A stretch of DNA of 61,866 bases, filler included, from Nemertoderma westbladi (GCA_032718475.1; 3 parts of 3 records of this genome joined end to end with filler, not necessarily neighbours in it), one strand, 5' to 3'; positions 37,091-50,300 are shown, numbered from the whole stretch's first letter. The notes: generated by a model from the letters alone, not told the origin. A program made the numbers and translations.

Positions 37091-38639
37091 CAGTAATTCA
37101 CTATCTATGCTTCTAGGTCCCGCGGGTTCGAACCCTTGCCTAGCCACACCACAAGGTCTGTCTGAAATGTCTGTCTGTCTTAATCAGCTATACAATCGAA
37201 CCCATCTCGATGAAATCTCGCTTGCTATAGCTCGTTAGAAAGGTCTCGTCCTAACTCGTTGCAACGTAATACTCAGAGCCGTCTGAAGTTCCCCGTCTGC
37301 CGCTAGAGGGCGAATTTCGTGATTTTTGGGCGAAATTTATCGAATTATTTCGGTTCTTCTATCGGTAATTATACCTGTATACTAATTAATTATTTAGAGG
37401 GGTAACATTTATCCCATCTGGAATACAATTAACATGGGTAGATTCGCCATGTCCCATTGTCCCATTCTCACAAAGTTTTTATTTTATGAGGGTTTAATTA
37501 TAAATTTTATACACAACACAAACAGTATATTTTATTTTATATATAAAATAAAATTAAATAAATAATTATTATAATTAACGAGTTTCTTCTCCAGAGGATC
37601 GAGGTCGCCATTGATTGTGATCGGGAATGCCGCCTCCATCATGGCTACGCAGCTGGTTCATCGTCCCAGGGACTGTTCGACGACGTACTGGACTAAATCT
37701 ATCCCGATTCAAATTTTCGTAGCATTTCGGTATCCTTCACGATATGTGTTCGCTCCCAAATGCATGGGTCTGTGCAATATTTCATTGTTCTTCAAATATT
37801 TTATTAATTATAAAACTATTTACTTCTATTATCCAATTAGGTTTATTTCCATATTATCATATGTATATAATTGTATTATTTGAGTCTATTTTTCTGGTGG
37901 AGTATTTAATTGACATTTTATCTTTTTTTACATCACTCACTACACAAATCCAACCTCCAGGGGGGGGGGGGGGATATATGTATCACAATCACAGCCGGCG
38001 GCTATTAAGTTTCATCCACCTGACTTCCAACTGAATCCACTTACAGACTTAGATACACCTGTACCTCTCCACCTAACTTCCAGCCACTCCACCTGGCACC
38101 TGGACATTTTATTGTAGGAAATAATAGGGTGGAAGCACTCGGATTATTTTACTATTGACAGATTGACTCGGATTCAGGTGGAAAAACTGTACTGTGGTGG
38201 AGAGCGTGACTGTATACAGTATATATAATATTATATACATTATACATCACATCACATAAAGGCCTATTTTATTTATTTATTTATATACCGGTACAATATT
38301 TTATATGTCCGAATGAGCACCAATGTGTACAGTATCTTGAAAGATAACATGTTGGGGGGGGGGGGGGGGGTGCCTTTCTTGTTCTGTGCTTTTTTTTAAC
38401 TTTTTTTGTGCTTATTTTTTTACTTTTTTGTGCTTTTCTTGTGCTTCTTTGGGCTTTTCTTGACTTTTTTGTGCTTTTTGTAGTATTTAGTAGGACCCCA
38501 ATTATGTTATACTGTAGTAACAGTGTCTGAGTGAGACAGGTCTGAGGATCTGATTGGATCCTATAACTATGTTACATTCGATCTACAAATTACTACTGTA
38601 CTAAGCTCGAATGTAACATTGCTGCATTGCCATTTACAG

Positions 38640-38820
38640 ATTTAAAGGACCAGGTTACAGAGGCATGTTGGGGGAACCAAAACAATAAACGAAAGTTAAC
38701 AGATGTTACAAGATTATACAGGTTACTTTTATTTAAAGGCTGAAAGGAGCAGGTTACAGAGGCGTGTTGGGGGAACCAAAACAATAAACGAAAGTTAACA
38801 CATGTTACAAGATTGCAGGT
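38640..38820 (+). repeat. Two ~104-bp tandem units of the GGAGCAGGTTACAGAGGC family
   Basis: caggttacagaggc.tgttgggggaaccaaaacaataaacgaaagttaaca occurs twice. Confidence 0.85.
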
Positions 38821-39687
38821 TAATCAAAAGTCATAAAATGCGAGGATGAGGGATGGGGTGAAAAAAGTTATAGTGCGTGCAATGTCAGTCGCGTTTCGCG
38901 AGCGTTGTCGTTCGCGTTTCTTTTCCATTTTGCATTGTTAAAATGTATTTTATCATTTCACCATAATACCGGCTTTACCAGTGCTGGAAATTTATACAAT
39001 TATTTTAAATTGTACGCTTAGTAAAGTATCGTCTATATATTAAGTAGGGCTATGGAGTTAAAGTTATTTATATACTGTAGGCTACTGTACGTTAATAAAA
39101 CGCAAAAATTATATATAGGGTAAACTGGGGTAATTTTGGGACAAAATCGTTTTTCAGAATAATAAAAACATTTTTTTGATAATCCGACCTTAACAAGTAG
39201 GCCTATCCACTATGTACCCATTCTATTCTAACAAACTAATTACTTATTTTTTATTTTCAAATAATAAATTACCATTTGTTAATTAATATTCATCCGTGTC
39301 CAAAATTACCCCAGCCTCGGATAGTTTGGGACGATAGTTGAGATAATTTGGGACAGAACATAATTCGAATAGTAGTAGTCCATTTTAATATGATGCAAAC
39401 TTTGTTGAGAAATTGTACAATGCTAAACAATGCATCTATAAAGACCAAAAGTTGAGCTTTTAGAGACTTTTTGACGCCATTAGTTCAACAGTTTTCCGCT
39501 ATAGAAGGCTACATGTCTAAATGTCTTACTGTCTGGCTGTGTCAATCAAAGGGGCTCTACTCAGTCTGTAGTTTCCTAGTCTGCCGCTAGAGGGCGAAAT
39601 GTCTGAAAGCGAAATTCTTGACTCATTCTGTTAATTATGATCCTTTCAAGCTGAAACTTGTCAAATATGTTGTATGTATGCCTGTAT

Positions 39688-42600
39688 TAGGGTGTGTCAA
39701 AAAAAAAATTTTGGATTTTGACTGTGCATACCCACTGGATTTGTGCATTTGGGTCAGACAAAATTTTTCATCATTTGGCTCAGGTTAAGCCATCCCCCAA
39801 GGCGCTTGAAATTGTCAATGTTAATCGAATGGTATATTTTTGAATGAAAAGGCCATCTGTCGGTTAGGACACTTCAAGTCATCATATGAAGTCCATTTTG
39901 GTCTCATTCGAACCACAATAGGCGATTTAGTGGGGGTACATGTGATTATCTAAGTCCTAGTACCAATATTTTGTAAACCTCAAGCTTAAATTTCGATATT
40001 ACCAATAAGGGACTCATCAAAGGAGACCCCATTATCAATTTTGAATGTTGTCTTCATTGTAACTATAGTGACATGGTTCATAATGACAATAGAAACGAAA
40101 ATAAAACCGAAAATATTGATATTTAATTTATATTAATTATTAACAATGAATAATAATTGCTATTTATATTAAATTATTAACCATGAATTAGACAAGTTTC
40201 ATTTTGAGATGCTTTGGAAAAGTTTGACGATGATATTCAACAATCTGGTACATAAGTTGACGCTGGACATCATCCCTTGTTAAATCGTTGTTGAAGTCTG
40301 TAGCCAACTTTACAGCTCGTTCAGCACAGTCGTTGACTACAGACAATGAATTCACCTTTCTCATGGCTGTGATATAATTAGCGTTCTCAGGCCATGATTC
40401 CGGTTTGCTTTGAAGGAAATGGGGTTCCAGTTTCAGAGCTTTGAATAGGTTCAGTGACCTTTTTGTGACAAAGTCTGCTAAGGTCTTGTTCTGGAAACAG
40501 TCTGTTGTCTTAAGTGGCAATCTTCTGCTGTCATTTGTATTTTCAGGTTTACTCAGAGCAGACACAATCGCTTTCTTCTCTGATACTTCCACCAAAGGAG
40601 AGAAAAGTGCCATCCCAACAAGGTCTTCACTTAAGTACCACAGCTGCCCTTTCAGTTTTTCAGAGCTATACTGGCAATTTCTTTATCTACAACGTGGTAC
40701 CTTTCAAGTTTCTTGAGTAGCAGTAAGTCATTAATGGGAGCATTACAGCTATCTGGGGCTAAATTCCAAGGTACAATATAAATTGTTGCTATAAATAGTA
40801 CAATACGTTTCAATGAATTCAATTCGTGATGGCTCAAATCAAACTGATCTCGAAAAAGCAAAATCTTCAGACAGTATATCCCCGTAACCATCCACCGGGA
40901 ATGGCTGTATGCTCCAGGAGTCGAAAATTTAGCTTTAGCAGCAGGACAGCCCAGACTGAGAAGTACTAAATTAATAAACTCACTATAGTCCTGTCTTGGG
41001 GCAGTTTTTCTGGCTAGTATATCAGTTAGTGCTTTACATGTGCTCTCTCTATTATTAGCCAGCCACGATTCTTCCTCACTGGATAAGACAAACTGGCCAG
41101 TTGTTTTGTCAAGTGACAAGTAACTCTCTTGGTTTATATAGGGCCACTGCTCCTTGAAACGACGGAAGAGTGGTATTTCTGGACCACATGTTGGGAAATA
41201 TTTATCGAACACAGCTGACAATACAATAACCTCCAAAATGTGATGTCGGCAAGCTAAGAACAAAAGTATCTTATCAAAAGCTTTTTGAATTACAGTTATA
41301 GCAACAACATTAACTCCAGTATTATAAGCTGTGGTATCAAAACAAAGACCGGCCAACCAGTCAGAAACACCTTCCCACTCATTAATAAATTTAACAACAG
41401 CATTCCCCATAATTGTACCAGTTCCAGCTGGCAAACGGGGTATGCCAAGCAGTTTATATGATCATTATTGTCCTGGGCAACTTCAGATGGTATAATTTTA
41501 CGTCAAAATGTGCGATTACAGGTGTATTTAGGCCTAATAGAAATTTTTTTTCTTTAATTTCTCGACCAGTAGATTCCCGGACTGTTTTCCGAGCTCGGGC
41601 TATTGAAGAAGCCGATAAAGTAATCGATGTCACATCTACTCCTGCAGCTGTGAGAGCTGGAGTAACAACAAACATCGCCACTCGAGGTGATGTTGCTGTT
41701 CTTTCCATACTGGCAACGAATTTAGGGTCTTTTATAACAGCAGTTTTATCACTAGTAGTGTAAGTGCCGGTACTAGTACTTGTAATTTAATCGCTGTCTG
41801 GTTCAAGTTGCTGTTTGTGATATTTACTGGGTATAAATTCACCATCATCTCCAGATGCCTCACTATTTTCGGATTCACTCAATGTAAGAACGAGACTTTG
41901 GGAATCTTTCAGAATTTCAGCTTGCTCTTTGCGTTTCTCCATAGTTAGTTCCCTCTTCAAGATCCTATTTTTCTTCTCATTGTAAATCTTGTCTTCACCT
42001 GACATTACCATCAGTCTCTCTGTCCTCTGGTCCTGAAGGAATGTCAAGTCCTCCTTAATTTTTATTTTTTCCAGTGATTTGGCGTGGGCAATATCAAATA
42101 GTTTTGACATCCTCAATGAAAAGTTTTTCTCTTTAGCGATTTGAGTTTTGCCTGAGGTCCGAGATTTATGTTTTCCAACTGCTGAATATTCATCATGAAG
42201 TGCTTTTAGTTTAGCTACAGCGTTTGGCTTTTGTGTTGTTGGCACATTCGCCTTATTATATAACAGAATCACTTCATTTATTGTATTAGAGTATCCTACA
42301 GGTTTAGTCAGTTTGTTTACTCGAAGATCATAAAATAGTCGACAAAGGACTTGTCCTATAGTAGGAAGCTGCCTAGGGCTTTCTTCCGACAGAGAAACAG
42401 TAGGCTGACCAATGAGCCATATTGCAGTAGATGAACGAGTTTTGTGCAATTCTGCGGTAATAATAGCCATGTTTGTTAATATATAATTTGATGCAATATA
42501 GGTAGGCCTACTGTAGGCATAGGGGTATGCCTATTGTACAGTACTATATGGAGGTACTGCAGAGTAGGTAGGTTAGATAAATAATATGCTGTACCTGTCA

Positions 42601-43110
42601 GCCTGTAGCTTAACTGATAGGCCTAAATTGCAGTGTACTATAACATACACCGGTACAACAGACATTGTGGCACCGTTGTGACAACAAAGTCACAATGGCA
42701 AGCAACACAGTCACTGTATCTAGCTAATATATTTTGAAATTACCAATTAACTAAAAATGGCCGATTCAATGAAGAAGACCTCAATGTCAATTTTGACTCT
42801 TCTTTCCGTAATACAAAGTCAATTTTGGTCTCATTCAAACCGCAATGGCCGATTTAGTGGGGGTAGATGTGGTTATCAAAGTCTTACAACCATTTTTACC
42901 AATTCACCAAGTATTTCTAAGTCTACAAGTGTTCAGCGGTTCCCGGTAAAAATTGCAAATCGAAAATGCTTTTGGGGGGTGGTTCAACGTCAAAATTTTG
43001 GTATGGTATAATGATAAAATATTGTTATTTTTGCATTTGACACAAAGTGGGAGGGTATGCCAAAACAAATTCCAACTTTTTTTTTCCTCTATGGAAAGTG
43101 ACACACTCTA
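39688..43110 (-). mobile_element. hATm-type DNA transposon, full length but decayed
   Basis: Termini TAGGGTGTGTCA / TGACACACTCTA; 8-bp TSD gcctgtat (39680-39687) / gtctgtat (43111-43118), 7/8 match. Confidence 0.9.
40188..42470 (-). pseudogene. Frameshifted hATm transposase (ORF pieces 41787-42470, 41454-41708, 40652-41434, 40188-40613)
   Basis: LCFDTTAYNTG, LACRHHILE, PGAYSHSRWM, LWYLSEDL, VVNDCAERAVKL. Confidence 0.9.
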
Positions 43111-43230
43111 GTCTGTATGTATGCCAATATGTGCTCTGCTAGAATACATCCTGCTTCATTGTGAAGTTGCTGTGTCTTGGTGGGGTCGGAAATTACTGTA
43201 GTCTGCAGTTCTTCAGTGTGCCGGTAAAAA

Positions 43231-43353
43231 AAAGCAAACAGTCGGCCGAAGCCGGAGGCGACCCGAAGGCTCCTCTTTCGATTGCTGCTACCCAAGGGTA
43301 GGGGTGGGCGCTACTCCTATCCCAAGATTTGCTCCCAGTTATTTAACTGGTAC
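43231..43353 (-). mobile_element. 3' part of the Nin-type SINE
   Basis: Reverse complement of the tail at 28965-29095. Confidence 0.8.
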
Positions 43354-43390
43354 TGTTTACCAGTCTGCCGGTAGAGGGCAAAATGTATGA

Positions 43391-45554
43391 GGCTCATTCC
43401 ATGAAAAGGTCATAACTTCCCCACTAATTTCGAAAAATGAGATGTAGCTTTGAATTTATAATTATTTTAGGTCAAAATTTATCGTACTTCATGAATTCAG
43501 TGCTAAAAATTGTATCAACACAGGTGGTTTCTCAAAAATAGTCGAATTACAAATTATGCACCTGCTCTGCACAAAATGTGAATAAAAGTGTGCAAAAGTT
43601 TCGTTTCCTGTAGGCACTTCCCATGACCAATAAATTAACATTTCTGAGCATGTACCAAATCAAAAACAAACCCATTTTCGAATTTTTTTGGTTTCATTTA
43701 ATTTCACCAGTGTTTCATTTCTCTGTAATGAAATCGATAAAGTTAATCATGTGATGTCCCATACTTTACCTAAAATAGTGAAATTTGTAGTTTATTTACA
43801 GAGATGTAACTCAGCCAGTGGAATGCAAAGCACGTTTGTGTTGCGTCATCGTATAAAACAATTAGTTTCATCTTCACTCCCTCAGAAATATCATGGCGGC
43901 CAATTGAAAATTGTCCCATACTTTACCATTAAAATGGCGATTATATTAGTGCACTGTATTAATGTAATATGTGAAGCCAGGAGTGTTATGATACTATAAG
44001 GTCATAGTCGGCCGTAAGAATATGAGTCTATATCATGAGAATCATTACTCAGTCAACAAATCTTTGGGTTTATGCATGTAAAGTCCCATACTTTACCAAA
44101 AAATAGTGAAATTTTTAATTTATACACAGAGAAGTAGTCTAACGCACCCAATCACCCAGTGGAATGCAAAGCACGTTTGTGTTGCGTCATCTTAAGAAAC
44201 AATTACCTGTAGTTTCATAATCTACTCCCTCAGAAACATCATGACGGCCAATTGAAAATTGTCCCATACTTTACCATTATAATGGCGATTACATTTTAGT
44301 GCACTGTATTAATGTAATATATGAAACCTGGATGGCAGGAGTGTTATAATGCTTTAGGGTGATAGTAGGGCGAAGCATTAGAAGTATGTATTTGAACTAA
44401 GAATCATTCCTCAGTTAACTAATCTTTGAGTTTATGCATGTAAAGTCCTGTAGTTTACAACAAATTTCAAAAAATTTAGTTTTTTAGCAGATAAGAAGAT
44501 CGGTAAGTACAGTAATTGATACATTTTCAGAAAAATGGAAAGAATTTCTAAACTTTTCACAAACTACATGTGTACCAAGTTTAGTTATATTTCATCAATG
44601 ATTGGCGGACTTATTTCGCTTTTTATCAAAATTTTAATACTATCGGTATAATTTAATCGATTTAATACTATTTAATACTAAACACGATCCAAAGATGCAT
44701 TAAGTGTAGGGCGGGGGCCGGGGGTTAGACAGCAAACTGACAAAAAAGTTCAAAAACTAATGATTAAATTATCATCATTTTGTGTTAGGGATAGTTTTAC
44801 GATGGCGAAGCATCTTAGATACGAAGGTTGGTGCATTCTTAATTTTTAGAAGAATATGTGCAGGTGCGCTGAGAACCGTACGTACCGTACGTACGTACCG
44901 TACGTACCATACGTATCAAGTTTGGTTTAATTTCATCTATGAATGACCGAGTTATACAGTATTAGCGATCTAAAATTAGACAGATGAGAGACAACTCCTC
45001 AAAGGCACCCATATGCTAAGACATCGGGTCAATTTGTGGGTCGCCCCACATTTTGCATCCATATCTTGTTTGGAAATACTTAGTTGCACTTTAATATCAC
45101 TAATTATCCAGAAATTACAGTTAGGTTAAGTGTAAGAGACCATTTTGACCATAAAATTCGTACAGGTCCCGTACTTTACCACACACACCACACTCTAAAA
45201 AATTAGCAATGTAGCAATTCGTCTGATATTTTTATTTTTATTTAAGCTTAATAATACAGCTTTATCCTAAACATCAACTCAACACCGTTCCTGCACACAA
45301 TTCGCTAAATTTTAGAATTGAAATCATAAAATAAAAAAAACCATTTCGTACGGATCCGTAGGCCTACTTTACCTTAATTGGACAAGCTAGTGACTAAGTC
45401 CCGCCATAAGCTTCGCGAAATCAAAGCTGATATTTGAAAGTTCAATCCAAGCCCAATTTTGTGCACATACTGTATGTGCTGTGGATAACATTGTACAGGC
45501 AATCAAAGTTCAAAATTGTGTACGAATGTCCCGTACTTTACTTTGGAATGAGCC
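43391..45554. mobile_element. Non-autonomous DNA transposon with 11-bp TIR GGCTCATTCCA and 4-bp TSD ATGA
   Basis: atga|ggctcattcca ... tggaatgagcc|atga; internal ~330-bp tandem duplication and a recurring gtccc(a/g)tactttacc motif. Confidence 0.8.
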
Positions 45555-47503
45555 ATGAAAGTGATAACCTTCCCCCTGTTGCCTGTCCCTTTTTCCTTGA
45601 TCTTAATATGTTTACAGTTAGGGAGCACTACTAGGACACCGCGAATGGGGGTGACCGAGTTGCGAATGTGGGTGGCCGAGTGGCACTAGTTGACTTGAAT
45701 TTCAATAGAAAATGACAAATATCGGAGCCGAAAGTTTCGTTTTCAAGCCGAACTTTCGAAATATAATATGTAATTACAGTAGATGTAAAGCATTTTACAT
45801 GTTACATTTGTGTAGGCGTGACGTTTACCCACGGTGGAAACCCAGTTTTTTAAACAGCAAGCAGTTTCATACGGCGCCCCATTTCAACTACTGTACCCTG
45901 GACTTGTGGTGAATCTGTAAGTGTTGTCAATGTAATTGGTAATGGCTGTTGTCACCAGCACTTTATTATACTTCTAGCTGTTTAGTGGAATGAGTTTCCA
46001 AGTATTGCCTAAGGTACAGTATTTTGTATTGCTGTGGTGTACAGTACACACTGTACAGATAATTATTGGTTTAGATACAGCTATGGTGGGGCAGGTGAAG
46101 AATTACTACAGTAATAATAAAGAATTGCCTTCAAGTAGGATTCGATTAGACCCACCCATAGTGCCACATAGTAAGTTGTGGTTTACTCAACAACAAAAAA
46201 ACACGGTTTAGACCAAGGAAACTATAATTATTTCTTTACTTTATTAAAATGTTAAAACTTAAAATCACTCTTATCTGTTGGGTTGGCCGATTATAATTTC
46301 TGTTATTTTATAAAATTGCCGTACCTTATCTGAATCAGATTTTATATTAATTAATTAATAGCTACATATATAACATATAATATTATAATTATTCTGATCT
46401 GCTACAATATATCTGCTTCCGCATATATTATATTGCATTAAAATTATCACCTCTAATGCAATTACAATGCCGTTAGCAGTTCAATGCAAATGTCACTACT
46501 CATAAGCAAGATAAGATTAAACCGCTGCGCACCTGCAGTTGTAAAAGTAGCTCATTTTCTTCGAAACTAACCGAAGCTGCCGAAAGCGAAAAATTATTCA
46601 AGGAATGATATCCGATGGTATTTTGGATGCGATGGCTTCAGCAGTTTGTTCGGATTGCACCGACTACCGAAAGGAATCTGTACGGCGGCTGAAATTCCGT
46701 AGAAGTCGTACCATGATTTATTGGAATCGGCCCTACAGATACCACCACCGATGTAAAAGGAAGCTCTTAAGAGGAAACTATGTGGTTTCAGCTGCGTTAT
46801 TTATACTGTACGTAATGAATGCGCCTCCCCTTCGCGGAATGTTTCTGCAGTTGCAAACCTACACGAACTGTTGACCATAGAGCCAAGGATATAATCCCAC
46901 CAGGCCCTATTCGTGAATGTTTGTTTATCTGGTTTGTGTGCCGCCTCAGACATCGAGCGACGATGGTGATGTGTTACAGTCACCTTGGTTACAGTCAACT
47001 CTGAACAGGAATTATTGTGGACACTTGGCTACATTCTGAGTGTCACCCCTTACGCCGGCGATAACTAAATTGCCTTTGGTGACCCTTGCAGGGTTGCAGC
47101 TATGATAAAGTAACTGGAATGCTGGCTAAATTGGAGATCCTGGCAGGTGAGTTTTATACTGTAATAAACATTATATATTTTATTTACCAATTCATTTTTT
47201 CCAATACGTACATATTGGTGAATTCGTGTGCTGGTAACATTGTGCATTGGCGTAGCCATGGGATTTAGATGGGAGGGGGCCGGGCCTGGCCTGGCAAAAA
47301 ATTTGTGAATAAATTTGGATTTATTTAAAAATACAGTATGTTAAGTTTGAACATATTTTCTATGTCCTGGTAACCGAACTAAAAAATTCGAATAATTTTT
47401 ACAATAGGACTATAGACCAGCAGGTGCTATGCAGGTATTGTATACAAACAGAAAGGATGAGTCGATGAGTGATTTTATCAGATAGAGGGACTTTCTGCAA
47501 TCA

Positions 47504-47594
47504 AAATGCATCGAAAAATCGACGCAAATGCATCGAAAAATCGACGCAAATGCATCGAAAAATCGACGCAAATGCATCGAAAAATCGACGCAAA
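47504..47594 (+). repeat. 22-bp tandem repeat (aaatgcatcgaaaaatcgacgc) x4
   Basis: Perfect copies. Confidence 0.95.
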
Positions 47595-48376
47595 TAACAA
47601 CTGATTAGAAAACTCCGCCATTGTAAACCGCCGCTGTAAAGCCACTGTAAATTACTTTAATGTTTTAAATTAAATAAATGTTCTAAGCCCTCTAAACACC
47701 ATATTCATGGGTGGGGGGTTTGGGTTGAGGTGGGGGTGGTAACAATATACAGTAACATATAACATAACAATTCTGGGGGGGGGGGGGGGGGTATCAGGAA
47801 AACACGATAAATTCCTCATTAATAGAGACAGGATCGTTATTACATTGACCCATCATCCTCATCCTCACACATACCTCATCATCCTACTGCTACTGTATGT
47901 ATCCAACACTCAACACAAACACAATGTCCTCTATTACCGTATGTACATTACTGGAGTTGAATGACTTATGATTAGCCCTGTGCGGCGGTCTTTATACAGT
48001 ACACATACTCTGCAATGCATGTACTGTAGGCTCTACCTTATTGTATAATTAATAACTTAGGTTGAACCACTTTGAGGTTACATTAGCTTATACTGTAAAC
48101 CATAGTATATTAATTAATGAACTAGAAATTTTATTGTGCCAAGTTAGTCAAGATACATTCGATCAACCATGCAGTTAGACCCACACAGAGCCCTTGACAT
48201 TTTGGTTAGCGTTAATTAACAGTGGTTTCCACGCAACCAACAATACACAACAAACAATAACTTATAAGGGGACGCATTATGATTTGCATATACAGTATTA
48301 CCATCGCTATTGTTTTCGGATGTAAACCTTTTTTGGTCTTAAATAAATTTCTTGAGAAAAATACCAACTTTACACT

Positions 48377-48433
48377 ATGGCCGAAGTTGACTTAGTAAAC
48401 AGAGATCCCAATGAATTGAATGGATTTGCTAGG
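48377..48433 (+). CDS. CAV: Caveolin, exon 1
   Basis: MAEVDLVNRDPNELNGFAR followed by donor GTAAGT; compare caveolin DLVNRDPKHLN. Confidence 0.9.
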
Positions 48434-48911
48434 GTAAGTTTATATATCATGAATGGTATATACTGTAATATAATTATATTCAGTACATCATAGAGAATAC
48501 GACTAACTCACTAACAGTAGGCCTACTGAGACTGTCTAGAATGTCTGGAACTTTATTGGTCGGGATGAAAAACAATGATATTTTTTTATATTTGATATAT
48601 TTGTACTTCACAACATTTTCTAACACAAAGTAACACGAAACAAGCTGATACTATCACTTTCAGGAGATAAATAATCTCACTTATTTAAACGACTGCAGTA
48701 TGACCTCTATTGTTTTACGCGAAGAAGTAGGCCTACATTACTAACTGTACTTTTATCTATTAAAAATCAAACAATTCTTATTGTAATTCACGTTGCTTGT
48801 ATTTACAACATTGATTTCGGAGGGTGCAAATTAATTTATTAAATTTTATCGAGGTCCATAAAATCTTAATCAATCAAATCAATAATTATTCACATAACAT
48901 TTTCTCCTTAG

Positions 48912-49244
48912 ACATTATTTGAAGATACTCTTGGTGAACCAGAAGGCACTCACTCCATTGATTGTCTATGGAAGAATTCGGCCAAGTGTTATAACGGAGG
49001 CAAAAAGTGTTGCTATCTCTGTCTCAGTACAATTTTCGGGCTTCCGGCTGCCTTGTGTTGGGGATGGTCGTTCGCTTGTCTCAGTTTCGAAATGATTTGG
49101 TGTGTAACACCGATGATTCGATTCGAGAAGATTGAGTTAGCCGCTATGAAGATCCTCTACCAGGCGTACGTCAGCACCTTCTGTGACCCAATCTGCGAGA
49201 GCTTCGGAAGAATCTTCGGCGATATGAAACTCGCTAAAGGTTGA
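48912..49244 (+). CDS. CAV: Caveolin, exon 2 (129 aa total)
   Basis: Acceptor tttctccttAG; TLFEDTLGEPEGTHSIDCLWKNS (signature FEDVIAEP-like), hydrophobic hairpin LSTIFGLPAALCWGWSFACLSFEMIWCVTP, C-terminal FCDPICESFGRIFG. Confidence 0.93.
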   Translation, partial: TLFEDTLGEPEGTHSIDCLWKNSAKCYNGGKKCCYLCLSTIFGLPAALCWGWSFACLSFEMIWCVTPMIRFEKIELAAMKILYQAYVSTFCDPICESFGRIFGDMKLAKG

Positions 49245-50200
49245 AATGGACAAAACGAGTGACAAACTTGGAGAACATATTACATGGCGTTAAAAACTGT
49301 ACATACCGTAAATTTGGTGAAACTGTCCCGTACGCCATAACATGTGTATACTGCAGGCCTAATATCTATCTATATGTACCTAATGTAGAATATAAAATTG
49401 TACTGTATGGGTGTTGACCTGCCTACTATTAGAGTAATATGTACATGTAGGCAAGTTCAACTCTATCACTATATTGTAGGCCTACATTCGTCCTTGAATG
49501 TAGGTCGACCTACTCCATCTGTTTAATGGGTAACATTAACAGCATTATACCTACCAATCGCCCTATTTAACCAATTTCGCTTCTTTATTTAAAAACAGTT
49601 AATAAATTGTAAAGTTTGTTACATTGTTTCCTCTATAGAGAATCCGCCAATACGAAAGTACAGTACAGTCCTGAGATAGAGGTAGAGGATAGAGCTAGAG
49701 ACAAGTCGGGCTTTATTTGATTGCTGGAAATCTTATCCAGAAACTAGAATACCAGCGTTTGTCGGGAGAGTTCGTATTGCGAGCCTTCAGCAAACGGTTA
49801 TAATTATACATTAGTATGGCCGTTTTCGTCTGTGTTTTAGGGGTGTTATACTGTAGGTGTCAGCGGGGGGTCGGGAGCCTATTTACTAAAGTTTTAACTA
49901 GCCATACAGTTATTATAATTAACGCTGTGATGTGCGCTGAAATGTCTTCTAACTGTTTCAACTGTACCGCACACGCAACAGCAAACGCTAAAATGTTCAA
50001 TAGCTTCTCCCTGTTGGGGTATTTTATCTTATTGGAGGTAAATGTTTTATACTTTGATACTCTTATCAATAATAAATTGCAACTATCAAAATTTGAGAAA
50101 TTCCAGAACAAAACATTATTGGCACATTTTATAACAACGAATACGAAAATTACTAACTACAGTACACGTAGGTCGAGAGAGCTCGGACTGTAGAGTATGT

Positions 50201-50300
50201 NNNNNNNNNNNNNNNNNNNNNNNNNNNNNNNNNNNNNNNNNNNNTTAATTAATTAANNNNNNNNNNNNNNNNNNNNNNNNNNNNNNNNNNNNNNNNNNNN
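50201..50300. other. Assembly gap with TTAATTAATTAA linker
   Basis: N runs. Confidence 0.98.

Noticed and set aside
37580-37800. GC-richer coding-like patches (also 46540-46870 and 58690-58990)
   Set aside because: No recognisable protein motif in the frames I translated and no convincing splice-site pairs.
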